Part shown: positions 30,093 to 37,822 of the stretch, piece by piece
How the letters are laid out: the number at the start of each line of letters is the position of its first letter
How positions within the stretch are numbered: position 1 is the stretch's first letter
Virus record (IMG/VR): IMGVR_UViG_3300047494_000107
Span: 32,001 to 96,000 of that record
Source of the DNA: a virus
Direction: 5' to 3' (one strand)
Length of the DNA stretch: 64,000 nucleotides
Translations under genes and position numbers: made by a program
The notes under the pieces: model-generated
Databases searched by the model: none
What the model saw: only the letters and a program-made list of their open reading frames with translations
What the model was told of the DNA's origin: nothing

Positions 30093-30614
30093 ATGCGCGT
30101 TCTCATCGGCGGTGGCACTGCTGGCCGCCGCGCATTCCTATCCGGCACCGCTCTCGTGAGCGTCGCCGCCCTGGCCGCCTGCGCCGGCACCGCGGTGACC
30201 ACACCCACTCCGACAACCCCGTCCGTCATCGCGACCAATGTGGCGCTAATCTCGACCGGCCTCTCTGTGCTGTCGACCGAAATCGCGGCTGCGGGTGTCG
30301 CCGTGCCGGCCGCTGTCACCAAGGACCTGGCGACGCTCCAGGCACTTGCGAAGGCCGCCGCGGCTGCCACAGTCAGCGACTCGGTCACGACAGTCCAGTC
30401 GGTCATCACGACCGTGCAGGACATCGCCTCCATCGTTCCTGCGCTCGTCCCAGGCTCGGCGACGATCATCGCACTGGTTCAAGCGGCGCTATCTCTGCTG
30501 CCCGTCCTGAAAGCGGCTCTCCCGGCCAGCGTCAAGCTGAGCGCGCTGGCGCCGCCGAAGTACACACCGGACCAAGCACGTCTCATCCTCTCTGGCGCCG
30601 TACTGGCGCGCTGA
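30093..30614 (+). CDS. Twin-arginine lipoprotein (spanin candidate)
   Basis: RRAFL followed by lipobox LAA-C; hydrophobic helices near the C-terminus. Confidence 0.6.
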   Translation: MRVLIGGGTAGRRAFLSGTALVSVAALAACAGTAVTTPTPTTPSVIATNVALISTGLSVLSTEIAAAGVAVPAAVTKDLATLQALAKAAAAATVSDSVTTVQSVITTVQDIASIVPALVPGSATIIALVQAALSLLPVLKAALPASVKLSALAPPKYTPDQARLILSGAVLAR

Positions 30615-30616
30615 CC

Positions 30617-31369
30617 ATGAGGTTCGGCCGTCTGCAGCACGATCCCGACACGCTCGCAAGGGCGCCGTCGCTTCGGTTGTCGGCGGTCGAACCACCAGCC
30701 GTGCTTGACCGGTCATCGGTCAACGTCAATCTCGGCCTCTACCAGAACGACGTCTATCCGGATTGCACCGCGGCAGGCGCGTTCAACTATGTCTGCTGCA
30801 TCGCCGCGTTGAACGGCTACGGACTCCCGATCGACAACACAAAGGCCCCGACGTTCTACGCCGCTTGTATCGGTTGCGCGGACACGCCCGAAGCGATCGC
30901 CGCTACCGACGGTGCTTTGATGACCGACGTCATCGCGAGGCTCGGGAGCCATGGCCTGGATATCGGATCGCAGACCCTTGTCGGGTTCGGAGGCACAATC
31001 CCTCTACGACGTATACAGCTTGCTTTGTCGCTCGCTCAGGTCGGCGCCGGTTATTGGGGCATTGACGTTTATCAGAACGACATGGACAATGTCGGCAAGG
31101 TCTGGACAACGGACTACAGCCCTGGTCCTGTCGAAGGCGGCCATTGCGTCGTCGGGTTCGACTACGCTGGACTGGGCAACAACGACGTCGTTCGCATCGC
31201 TACGTGGGGCGCTTGGCAGATGGCAACTTGGGCGTGGGTAGACGCACGCCTTCAAGAAGCGCACGGCCTGGCGTTCCGAGATTTGACACCGGCAAGTGGA
31301 AAATACTGGTCAGGTGTGACGTACGACACACTTCTTGCCGAGGCGGGTGTGTCGCCGGTCACGGTCTGA
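30617..31369 (+). CDS. Papain-like (C1) cysteine peptidase
   Basis: ND..PDCTAAG catalytic Cys; GGHCV..Y; TWG. Confidence 0.75.
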   Translation: MRFGRLQHDPDTLARAPSLRLSAVEPPAVLDRSSVNVNLGLYQNDVYPDCTAAGAFNYVCCIAALNGYGLPIDNTKAPTFYAACIGCADTPEAIAATDGALMTDVIARLGSHGLDIGSQTLVGFGGTIPLRRIQLALSLAQVGAGYWGIDVYQNDMDNVGKVWTTDYSPGPVEGGHCVVGFDYAGLGNNDVVRIATWGAWQMATWAWVDARLQEAHGLAFRDLTPASGKYWSGVTYDTLLAEAGVSPVTV

Positions 31370-31374
31370 CGTCG

Positions 31375-32505
31375 ATGAGCGCCGTAGACGAAGCGGACAT
31401 CAAGCGTTTCGCGGAAATATACCGCGCCGCAGTAGAATCTGGCGCTCAACCAAAAGGCGCGACATTCGGTGTAGGGCGGCGATCGGCGCTTTGGGACGCC
31501 TGCGAGAAGGGCGGCTGGAGCCGCAACGAGGGAAATTACCGGCTAGACAGAGCGCTCCGCGCTGGGCTGTTGGATGGGTTGCGCGTTGAAGTCTCATCCA
31601 TAGAAGCCTTCACGGTTCAAGAACTGCCATCAGCGGAAGGCCCGATCGAAGACCTCATCGACCGGATGGCCGTTCAGTTTCAGCGCCAAAAGGTTGCCCG
31701 CGAAGCACGGACGCTCATTCAGGTGCAGGTGAACATCGAGGGCGCCTACGGTATCTGTCATATGGGCGACCCGCATCTTGACGATAACGGATGCGACTGG
31801 ACCACACTTCGCCGCCACATAGAGGTCATCAAGCGTACCGAGGGCTTGTTCGGCGCGAATGTGGGAGACTATCAGAACGGCTGGATCGGCCGTCTAGCGC
31901 GTCTATGGGCGAACCAGTCGACGAGTTCTCGTGACGCGCAGCGCTTGGTTGAGTGGTTCGTCAATGAGGTTCGGTGGCTGTACCTTGTGGGCGGCAATCA
32001 TGACGCCTATTGCGGTGTCAACGATCCGGTCAAATGGTTCGCCGGCCAAGTCGGCGCGCTATACGAGCCTCATGGCTTGCGGCTGAATCTGGCGCAGTCA
32101 GACGGGTCGTCTGTCCGTGTTCATGCTCGCCACAACTTCTCGGGCACGAGCATGTGGAACCCGACCCACGGCGCGGCGAAGAAGGCTAGGTTCGCGTGGG
32201 AGCGCGACCATATCTACACCTGCGGGCACCTGCACCACGCTGGGCACCAGGAAGTGCTATTCGACGATGGACCTGATCAATTCATCGCGCACGCTATCCG
32301 GCTTGGGTCGTACAAGGTCTACGATGACCACGCCGACGCGAACGGGTTTGACGGCGTCAATATCCCAGCCGCGGTGACGGTGGTCAATCCGACCGCGAAG
32401 ACTCAGGCAGGGCGCGTGTCATTCTTCTGGGAACCGGAAGCTGCCGCAGACTACCTGACGTTCTTGCGGCGCCCGAAGTTCCGCGTAAAAGCCGCGACAA
32501 GCTAG
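31375..32505 (+). CDS. Calcineurin-like metallophosphoesterase
   Basis: GDPH, GD, GNHD, H, GHLH motifs. Confidence 0.85.
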   Translation: MSAVDEADIKRFAEIYRAAVESGAQPKGATFGVGRRSALWDACEKGGWSRNEGNYRLDRALRAGLLDGLRVEVSSIEAFTVQELPSAEGPIEDLIDRMAVQFQRQKVAREARTLIQVQVNIEGAYGICHMGDPHLDDNGCDWTTLRRHIEVIKRTEGLFGANVGDYQNGWIGRLARLWANQSTSSRDAQRLVEWFVNEVRWLYLVGGNHDAYCGVNDPVKWFAGQVGALYEPHGLRLNLAQSDGSSVRVHARHNFSGTSMWNPTHGAAKKARFAWERDHIYTCGHLHHAGHQEVLFDDGPDQFIAHAIRLGSYKVYDDHADANGFDGVNIPAAVTVVNPTAKTQAGRVSFFWEPEAAADYLTFLRRPKFRVKAATS

Positions 32506-32507
32506 CC

Positions 32508-32750
32508 GTGACGCCTCGTCGACCTGCCGACAAGGCGAGCGACCTCACGCAGATACAAGAAATGGTAGTCGCGTTCGTGGCGCAGGCGATCGTCGCTCCT
32601 GCCGGCGAAGACAGCCCAGTGGCGTTCATGGTGTCGTACGAAACTCAGAGCGGCGAACTCGTGACACGCTGCTTCCCTGACCTGACGACAGTTGAGCAGG
32701 GGTTCATTCGCATCCTGTCAGCGAAACCGATCTACGACTTATCTGACTAA
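32508..32750 (+). CDS. Hypothetical protein
   Basis: Directly follows the phosphoesterase. Confidence 0.55.
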   Translation: MTPRRPADKASDLTQIQEMVVAFVAQAIVAPAGEDSPVAFMVSYETQSGELVTRCFPDLTTVEQGFIRILSAKPIYDLSD

Positions 32751-32877
32751 CCTGCGCACCCTGTTTTGATATTTCGCCGTAGCTTTTCCCACTTGCGTTC
32801 GATGTCAGCCCGCCGCACTGCTCGTGAAACTAAAACAGCGGTTACGGCAGCGCCGAGCAGCCCTAGATACACGCAAA

Positions 32878-33189
32878 TCATAGGCAGTTCTCAACCTCCA
32901 TGGCTTCAACTACGCGCTGAGCTATCAGGCGCGGAGAAATGTGCTCCTCGTAGAAGGCGGTCCCGGCTGGACACTTACGGCGTTCGTCATCCCGGTATTG
33001 GCGGACGATCTCTTCTCGGACCACCCGAGCTACGCGCTTCACGACAGCGCCCGGCGATAAGCAGCTTGTTGAGGCTGTCGGCGGCGTCGCAAACCGCTTT
33101 GGCGCAGGCGGCCTATCCGTCACCTGGAAGGTGTCATTTCTGCCGCCTTTCCTGCGATTGCCCTCAGCTAAAGGTTTGACCGTGCTCAT
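32878..33189 (-). CDS. Small hypothetical protein (MSTVKPL start)
   Basis: ATGA overlap with upstream gene. Confidence 0.45.
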   Translation of the reverse strand: MSTVKPLAEGNRRKGGRNDTFQVTDRPPAPKRFATPPTASTSCLSPGAVVKRVARVVREEIVRQYRDDERRKCPAGTAFYEEHISPRLIAQRVVEAMEVENCL

Positions 33190-33548
33190 ATCGCAACTCC
33201 GTCGTGATACCAAGCGCTATAACTGAGCGGCGCACCGCTTACCGGAAAGCCAATCAGCTTAGCGACAGACGCATAGCCTTTGCACACGCGCGATTCGTCG
33301 TAGTGGCAACCCCAGGGTCGCCCTGCGGCTCTTGCCATATCCAGTATTTGGATATTGGTGGGTAGACATCCGTAATTTTGGGCTTGCTCTGCCCACTCAT
33401 TGACGCTGAACGGGCATGTCAAACATCCGTCGCATCCGGCAGATAGCGCTTTTGAGACGGTTGCCGAATCAAGGGGCGTTAATTCAGACCGACCGTCGAC
33501 TACCGCCAGTTCACGCAGCGCATCAGATAAAGGTTTGACCGTGCTCAT
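33186..33548 (-). CDS. Cys-rich hypothetical protein (MSTVKPL start)
   Basis: CxxCPF..YGCLP..WGCH..CKG; AAGGA RBS. Confidence 0.7.
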   Translation of the reverse strand: MSTVKPLSDALRELAVVDGRSELTPLDSATVSKALSAGCDGCLTCPFSVNEWAEQAQNYGCLPTNIQILDMARAAGRPWGCHYDESRVCKGYASVAKLIGFPVSGAPLSYSAWYHDGVAI

Positions 33549-33588
33549 GTTTCGTCCTTTGGCGCGACCATATGTCGCCTTCCGTAAA

Positions 33589-33804
33589 TCACAGTGGCCT
33601 CAAGGGCTGCGGCCGCACCTGATCCGCAAGGGCGGATATTCGCGCGCGTCGATCCGCTAATATTCTTTGCACGCGAGGGCTGGCCGTGTTGAGCGTCGTC
33701 TTGAACTCCACCTTTGCCGCCAGTTCGCGCAAAGCCTCGGCCACGAAGCGCCGGTCATCGCCAGAAACTGTGATCGTCACATCGTCAGGGTCCGACTCGC
33801 TCAT
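33589..33804 (-). CDS. Small hypothetical protein
   Basis: GGAGG RBS, ATGA overlap. Confidence 0.55.
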   Translation of the reverse strand: MSESDPDDVTITVSGDDRRFVAEALRELAAKVEFKTTLNTASPRVQRILADRRARISALADQVRPQPLRPL

Positions 33805-33995
33805 CCCCCACCCCTCCGCTGTTCAATCCGCCCGCATGGTGCCCAATCCGCTAGATCGGCCCAGGCGTTGGCAATGTCGGCCGGGGTTCCTGTCGGGCTA
33901 GCGTCGCCATGAAACCATATGCCGTGCGCCGCCACGACGTTCATGAGAAGCCGCTGGCGCTCGCTTATGGCCGGCTCTTGGGACTTGTCAGTCAT
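33801..33995 (-). CDS. Small hypothetical protein
   Basis: Overlap-coupled in array. Confidence 0.55.
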   Translation of the reverse strand: MTDKSQEPAISERQRLLMNVVAAHGIWFHGDASPTGTPADIANAWADLADWAPCGRIEQRRGGG

Positions 33996-34144
33996 CGCGG
34001 GAACCCTGCCGCTACAACTAGACGGACGCTAGCCATTCGTGACCACGGCCAGCGGAACCTATGCCGACCTGTGCAAGACCATGCGCGCCGCTCATCACGG
34101 TCTTTGACCCAGATCCAAAGACGGCCGATTGTCGAATCAGCCAT
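33992..34144 (-). CDS. 50-aa hypothetical protein (below ORF-track cutoff)
   Basis: MADSTIGRLWIW..; overlaps both neighbours. Confidence 0.5.
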   Translation of the reverse strand: MADSTIGRLWIWVKDRDERRAWSCTGRHRFRWPWSRMASVRLVVAAGFPR

Positions 34145-34364
34145 TGCGCAACTCCCATGCCGCACCCACTTGTTCCGGCGTCATTGCCGTCGATGACACC
34201 ACAATCGCGTATGCATCCTGCCCGGTATCGGCATCATACAGGCGAGGTGCATTTCGGCCGTCGAATACACGCTGGATCGCCTCATCCAGATCAGCGGCAT
34301 CGACCTGCTCTTTCCAGTCTCTGAACAAGACTTCGTACTTGGGAAGTTTTGTCGCCTCACTCAT
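34137..34364 (-). CDS. Small hypothetical protein
   Basis: GGAGG RBS, 8-bp overlap. Confidence 0.55.
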   Translation of the reverse strand: MSEATKLPKYEVLFRDWKEQVDAADLDEAIQRVFDGRNAPRLYDADTGQDAYAIVVSSTAMTPEQVGAAWELRNG

Positions 34365-34656
34365 CCCCCGCCCTCCTTCGCTCAATCCACACCCGCAGTT
34401 CCCGCGCCGCATGCAGCAACTCCGAACTCCAGCGCCTAGGCACGCCGCTCCATTCCGTGAACGGGCCGGCAGGTCGCCACCACACGCCGGGCAGGCGCTC
34501 CCACAGGTCGAAGCCTCGCACGGTCAAAGGCGCATCCATGCCGGCGCACCATACCTGGATCATCTTGGGGCCGTAGGGTAGTTGGCTCATGCAGGAGCGC
34601 CAGTCGTCGCCGACGGGAAATGGGGTGCTTTCGAAGGTGAGGGAGGCGTTAGGCAT
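34357..34656 (-). CDS. Small hypothetical protein
   Basis: ATGCCTAA overlap. Confidence 0.55.
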   Translation of the reverse strand: MPNASLTFESTPFPVGDDWRSCMSQLPYGPKMIQVWCAGMDAPLTVRGFDLWERLPGVWWRPAGPFTEWSGVPRRWSSELLHAARELRVWIERRRAGDE

Positions 34657-35056
34657 GCTTAACCGACCCCGCGCCCATTAATTCAGTGATCTCATTGAAG
34701 CACAGAACGGCGGCAAACCCCTCGTCCGTTCCAAGCCTGTCGGCGATTTCCTCACACGCGGCCAACGAAGCGGCCAGAACGCCCCGCAGCCTCTGTATCT
34801 CCCCCGCGCATTCCCCCAACGTCGCCGAGCGCAGCCGACCCGCGCCGTCCGGTCGCCACCAGAGGTTGCCGTAGAATTCGTCGGTGGGGGTTGGATCAGA
34901 TTGGGTTTGGTCCGTCGTGCCGGCGACCACAGCAAAACCGCATCGCTCAAGGGCCGCCAGAACCTCGGTCGCCACACGCCGCGCATCGCTGTTGCCGTCG
35001 CCGCACACGCATTCGATTTCCCGTGCGATGATTGAGATCGGCGTCGATTCAGGCAT
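34649..35056 (-). CDS. Hypothetical protein (MPEST start)
   Basis: ATGCCTGA overlap. Confidence 0.6.
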   Translation of the reverse strand: MPESTPISIIAREIECVCGDGNSDARRVATEVLAALERCGFAVVAGTTDQTQSDPTPTDEFYGNLWWRPDGAGRLRSATLGECAGEIQRLRGVLAASLAACEEIADRLGTDEGFAAVLCFNEITELMGAGSVKHA

Positions 35057-35309
35057 GCGGATTCACCTTCTGCATGGCCGCAACCACGGCAAGCGTCACC
35101 GCTTTGACGCCGCGCGTAACCGGCCAGAGACTGGGATTGCCCGCAAGTTCGTCGCCAGGGTCGGCCTCGTTCGCCGCCTGATCAAAAATTTGCACAAGGT
35201 CCTGCAACGCCAAGCCGGGGGCAATCGCTTTACACGACAACACCATTCCGGCGTGCTCCGTGGTGAGGGTTCCGAAGTCCGGGGCTGTGGATTCAGGCAG
35301 TTCGGTCAT
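35049..35309 (-). CDS. Hypothetical protein (MTELPEST start)
   Basis: Overlap-coupled in array. Confidence 0.6.
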   Translation of the reverse strand: MTELPESTAPDFGTLTTEHAGMVLSCKAIAPGLALQDLVQIFDQAANEADPGDELAGNPSLWPVTRGVKAVTLAVVAAMQKVNPHA

Positions 35310-35608
35310 GTCAGCTTACCTAGCAGGACGCGAGCCAATATCTGGTGCGGTTTGTCTGCCCACCAATCAGCGTAGATGCTTTCCGTTCCGTCGAGCGGAC
35401 CGAATGCGAGCTTTTCAACTTCGCGTCTATCCAGCGCGTCTGCCGACTTCATAGCGATTGCCCGCTCAAGGGTGGCGAGATCATCCTTTGATCGGCGTGG
35501 GTTTATTTCGCAGCCGCTTTGGTCCAGCGCGCGGCGCAATGTGGCCGTCTTGCGTTCAGCTATCGCGGCGGCCTCGGTCACGGCGGAGTAGCCGGTCGAT
35601 TCAGGCAT
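35306..35608 (-). CDS. Hypothetical protein (MPEST start)
   Basis: GGAGG RBS, ATGCCTGA overlap. Confidence 0.6.
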   Translation of the reverse strand: MPESTGYSAVTEAAAIAERKTATLRRALDQSGCEINPRRSKDDLATLERAIAMKSADALDRREVEKLAFGPLDGTESIYADWWADKPHQILARVLLGKLT

Positions 35609-35849
35609 GGACGCGCGCCTCCCGTATGTTGTCGAGAACCAACCGGCGCGCATACTCCGCATTGAGGCAATAGCAGTCCGTCACCCACCCTCGCCGGGTC
35701 CACTTTTGGACCTCGGCGGGGCCGACGCGCCAAGCCCCGGATGGCGTGCCGCATTCATCGTCCAACGTCACGCCGCAGAACGGGCATTCGTCGGTGTCGG
35801 GGTCGAGGCCGATGCAGGGTGGTTCTGTTGATTCAGGTTCCCCACTCAC
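35601..35849 (-). CDS. Cys-rich hypothetical protein (MSGEPEST start)
   Basis: GTGA overlap; CPFC, CYC. Confidence 0.55.
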   Translation of the reverse strand: MSGEPESTEPPCIGLDPDTDECPFCGVTLDDECGTPSGAWRVGPAEVQKWTRRGWVTDCYCLNAEYARRLVLDNIREARVHA

Positions 35850-36088
35850 CGCCGCACCCCCAACGCTTCCTTCATCCACCCGACCCCATGCAGGAACCAA
35901 GCTTGGCCAGGCGTGCAATTCGGCATGATCGCCCGCGCGGCCGCGATGACCTCCACGGGCACGACGATTTGGGCGGTTTCCTCGAACTGATACCACCCGT
36001 TCGGCCCGAAGCCACCGCCGCCTCGTTTGAGGGTGATGGTGCGTTCAGGCTCGGTCAGGTCGCAGGGGGCGATCAGTTCGTCCGTCAC
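35846..36088 (-). CDS. Small hypothetical protein
   Basis: GTGA overlap. Confidence 0.55.
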   Translation of the reverse strand: MTDELIAPCDLTEPERTITLKRGGGGFGPNGWYQFEETAQIVVPVEVIAAARAIMPNCTPGQAWFLHGVGWMKEALGVRR

Positions 36089-36261
36089 CGCCGCACCTTC
36101 TTCGCTTCCGCCCGCAGCCCCGACTGGATTAACCGCCGCAGCGTCTCCATCTCTGAGCCGATCTGCTCGGACAGCCGGAACTCAGCGACGCTCGCCCACA
36201 GACTCTCTGGCAGGGTCACGCTCTTTCGGATCATAGGCTCGGGCGGCTTCGGCTTGCTCAT
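36085..36261 (-). CDS. Ribbon-helix-helix (CopG/Arc-like) regulator
   Basis: RKSVTLPESLW..V..FR....I.SE.E.LRRLI..GL. Confidence 0.75.
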   Translation of the reverse strand: MSKPKPPEPMIRKSVTLPESLWASVAEFRLSEQIGSEMETLRRLIQSGLRAEAKKVRR

Positions 36262-36372
36262 GCCTCTTGGTAGCAGGATGCAGCGCACCATGCAAGCGCG
36301 ACAGTGGTGAGATTGGTGTTGCGCGGCGGCGGGGGATGTGCTGTAAGTTGCGAACAGAATATGGAGGACGGG

Positions 36373-36525
36373 ATGAGCGACTATCGGATCACCTACGATA
36401 CGCTGCTAGGTGGCTACTCAATTGAGCGGCTAGCGACTGGCAAGCGAGGATATCGCGGCTGGCTCAGGATCAGCAACCACCGCACCTATGACGATGCCAA
36501 GGCCGCTTTCACCGCATTCACCTAA
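36373..36525 (+). CDS. Small hypothetical protein
   Basis: GGAGG RBS. Confidence 0.55.
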   Translation: MSDYRITYDTLLGGYSIERLATGKRGYRGWLRISNHRTYDDAKAAFTAFT

Positions 36526-36543
36526 CCCTTGATCGAGGTAGCC

Positions 36544-36810
36544 ATGAGCCAGGAGGATTACGACGTAGGCTACGAAGAAGGTCGCGCCTCCCGCCAATGG
36601 GAAATCGACCTAACCGCCGAGGACACGATGCCGTCCGGACACACCGACGACCGCGCTATGACGCCATATCGGGCCGCGCTGCTTGCGCGCCTTCCGGTGG
36701 CGCGGATCGCGCTGGAGACACAAGAGCGGCGGCAGCTAAACGAAATGGTGCGCTTCGGCTGGGTCGAAGATGACGGCACCGTTTACCGCCGCGTTGAACA
36801 ATCAACCTGA
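36544..36810 (+). CDS. Small hypothetical protein, possibly a fusion (second RBS+ATG at 36628)
   Basis: GAGG RBS; internal junction motif at 36603. Confidence 0.5.
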   Translation: MSQEDYDVGYEEGRASRQWEIDLTAEDTMPSGHTDDRAMTPYRAALLARLPVARIALETQERRQLNEMVRFGWVEDDGTVYRRVEQST

Positions 36811-36828
36811 TCGCCGGAGGACCGAACG

Positions 36829-37017
36829 ATGCCTTACGCCACACACAGCCTCGAACGCACAAGTCCCAAAGGCCGGGGGCAAAAATTCCTCGGTCGCTGC
36901 ATTCGATGCGGCATGACAGACTTGCCAGCCAGCGCCGCGTTTGATCCGTGCGAGAATCATGCGCGGGTGAGCGACGATGAGGCGTTGTTGCTAGCCATCC
37001 GTGGCCCTTCAACCTAA
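36829..37017 (+). CDS. Small Cys-containing protein
   Basis: GGAGG RBS; CIRC..CEN. Confidence 0.65.
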   Translation: MPYATHSLERTSPKGRGQKFLGRCIRCGMTDLPASAAFDPCENHARVSDDEALLLAIRGPST

Positions 37018-37033
37018 TCCAGGAGCCTGCCCC

Positions 37034-37294
37034 GTGGTGGACTGGCGTGCGCGATTGCAGGAATTTCGGGGTAAATTCAACCTCTGGCACCGCGCTGTTT
37101 GCGAATGGCGCCGAGGTCAAATCCGCGTCTGGCCGCTCAACCCCAGCGACGACTTTTCGGGCGAATTGCCGAAAGCCTACAAGGGCACGCCGGTCGTCTG
37201 GAACAATCTGGGCGTTTCGAAACCACCCAAGCCACCAGCCAATTGGTCGCCGCCGCCCGGCTGGGTGCCTTTCGACAAACGCAAATCAACCTAA
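37034..37294 (+). CDS. Small hypothetical protein
   Basis: AGGAG RBS, GTG start. Confidence 0.55.
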   Translation: MVDWRARLQEFRGKFNLWHRAVCEWRRGQIRVWPLNPSDDFSGELPKAYKGTPVVWNNLGVSKPPKPPANWSPPPGWVPFDKRKST

Positions 37295-37299
37295 CCCCC

Positions 37300-37497
37300 A
37301 TGGCCCGATGCGCCCGCTGCGACGCCCCCGAAAGCCAATGGCGCATCCACCCATGCCCAGCGTGCGGCTATCCAGGCCCCGACACACGCCCGCCAGAGCG
37401 CGTCACGCAGGACGAAGCTGACCGGCATGCGCGGATTTGGGGCGACGAACATGTCTATGCGCCGGGGGCGGATGGGTGTGTGGTTTGTGGGTGGTGA
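37300..37497 (+). CDS. Small zinc-ribbon-like protein
   Basis: CARC, CPAC, CVVC. Confidence 0.6.
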   Translation: MARCARCDAPESQWRIHPCPACGYPGPDTRPPERVTQDEADRHARIWGDEHVYAPGADGCVVCGW

Positions 37498-37508
37498 GGG
37501 TGGAGACG

Positions 37509-37541
37509 CAAAAGGACCGCCCGGTTTCCCGAGCGGTCCTT
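37509..37541. terminator. Intrinsic terminator between convergent operons
   Basis: AAGGACCGC..GCGGTCCTT stem; short U-tract on minus strand. Confidence 0.7.
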
Positions 37542-37564
37542 CATAAAATTTGTCCCAGCGTCAA

Positions 37565-37822
37565 TCACCAATGGGTCAGCGGTGCCCGCACGGTGACTGC
37601 CCAAGGCGTGGTGGCTGGGGCGGTTTGCAGAACAATCCCGACGCTCACTTTCGTTACCCAGACACCCTTATACTGAATGACAACACCAGGAGAGACCTTC
37701 GAAAATTGTGCTCCTGTGTTTTGCAGCACAACACCAGGAGAGACCTTCGAAATCTCCGCCTGCTGTGCCATTGCGATGCTCGGAAGAAACAACATCAGCC
37801 CAGCGACAATCCAACGGATCAC
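37565..37822 (-). CDS. Small exported repeat protein
   Basis: Signal peptide ..AMA|Q; three xxKVSxGxVxQ repeats; 25-bp direct repeat at 37680/37728. Confidence 0.7.
   Translation of the reverse strand: MIRWIVAGLMLFLPSIAMAQQAEISKVSPGVVLQNTGAQFSKVSPGVVIQYKGVWVTKVSVGIVLQTAPATTPWAVTVRAPLTHW

Noticed and set aside
36516-37296. ACCTAAC junctions as integron attC sites
   Set aside because: They match the RYYYAAC half only; there is no following palindrome or GTTRRRY and the gaps are too short
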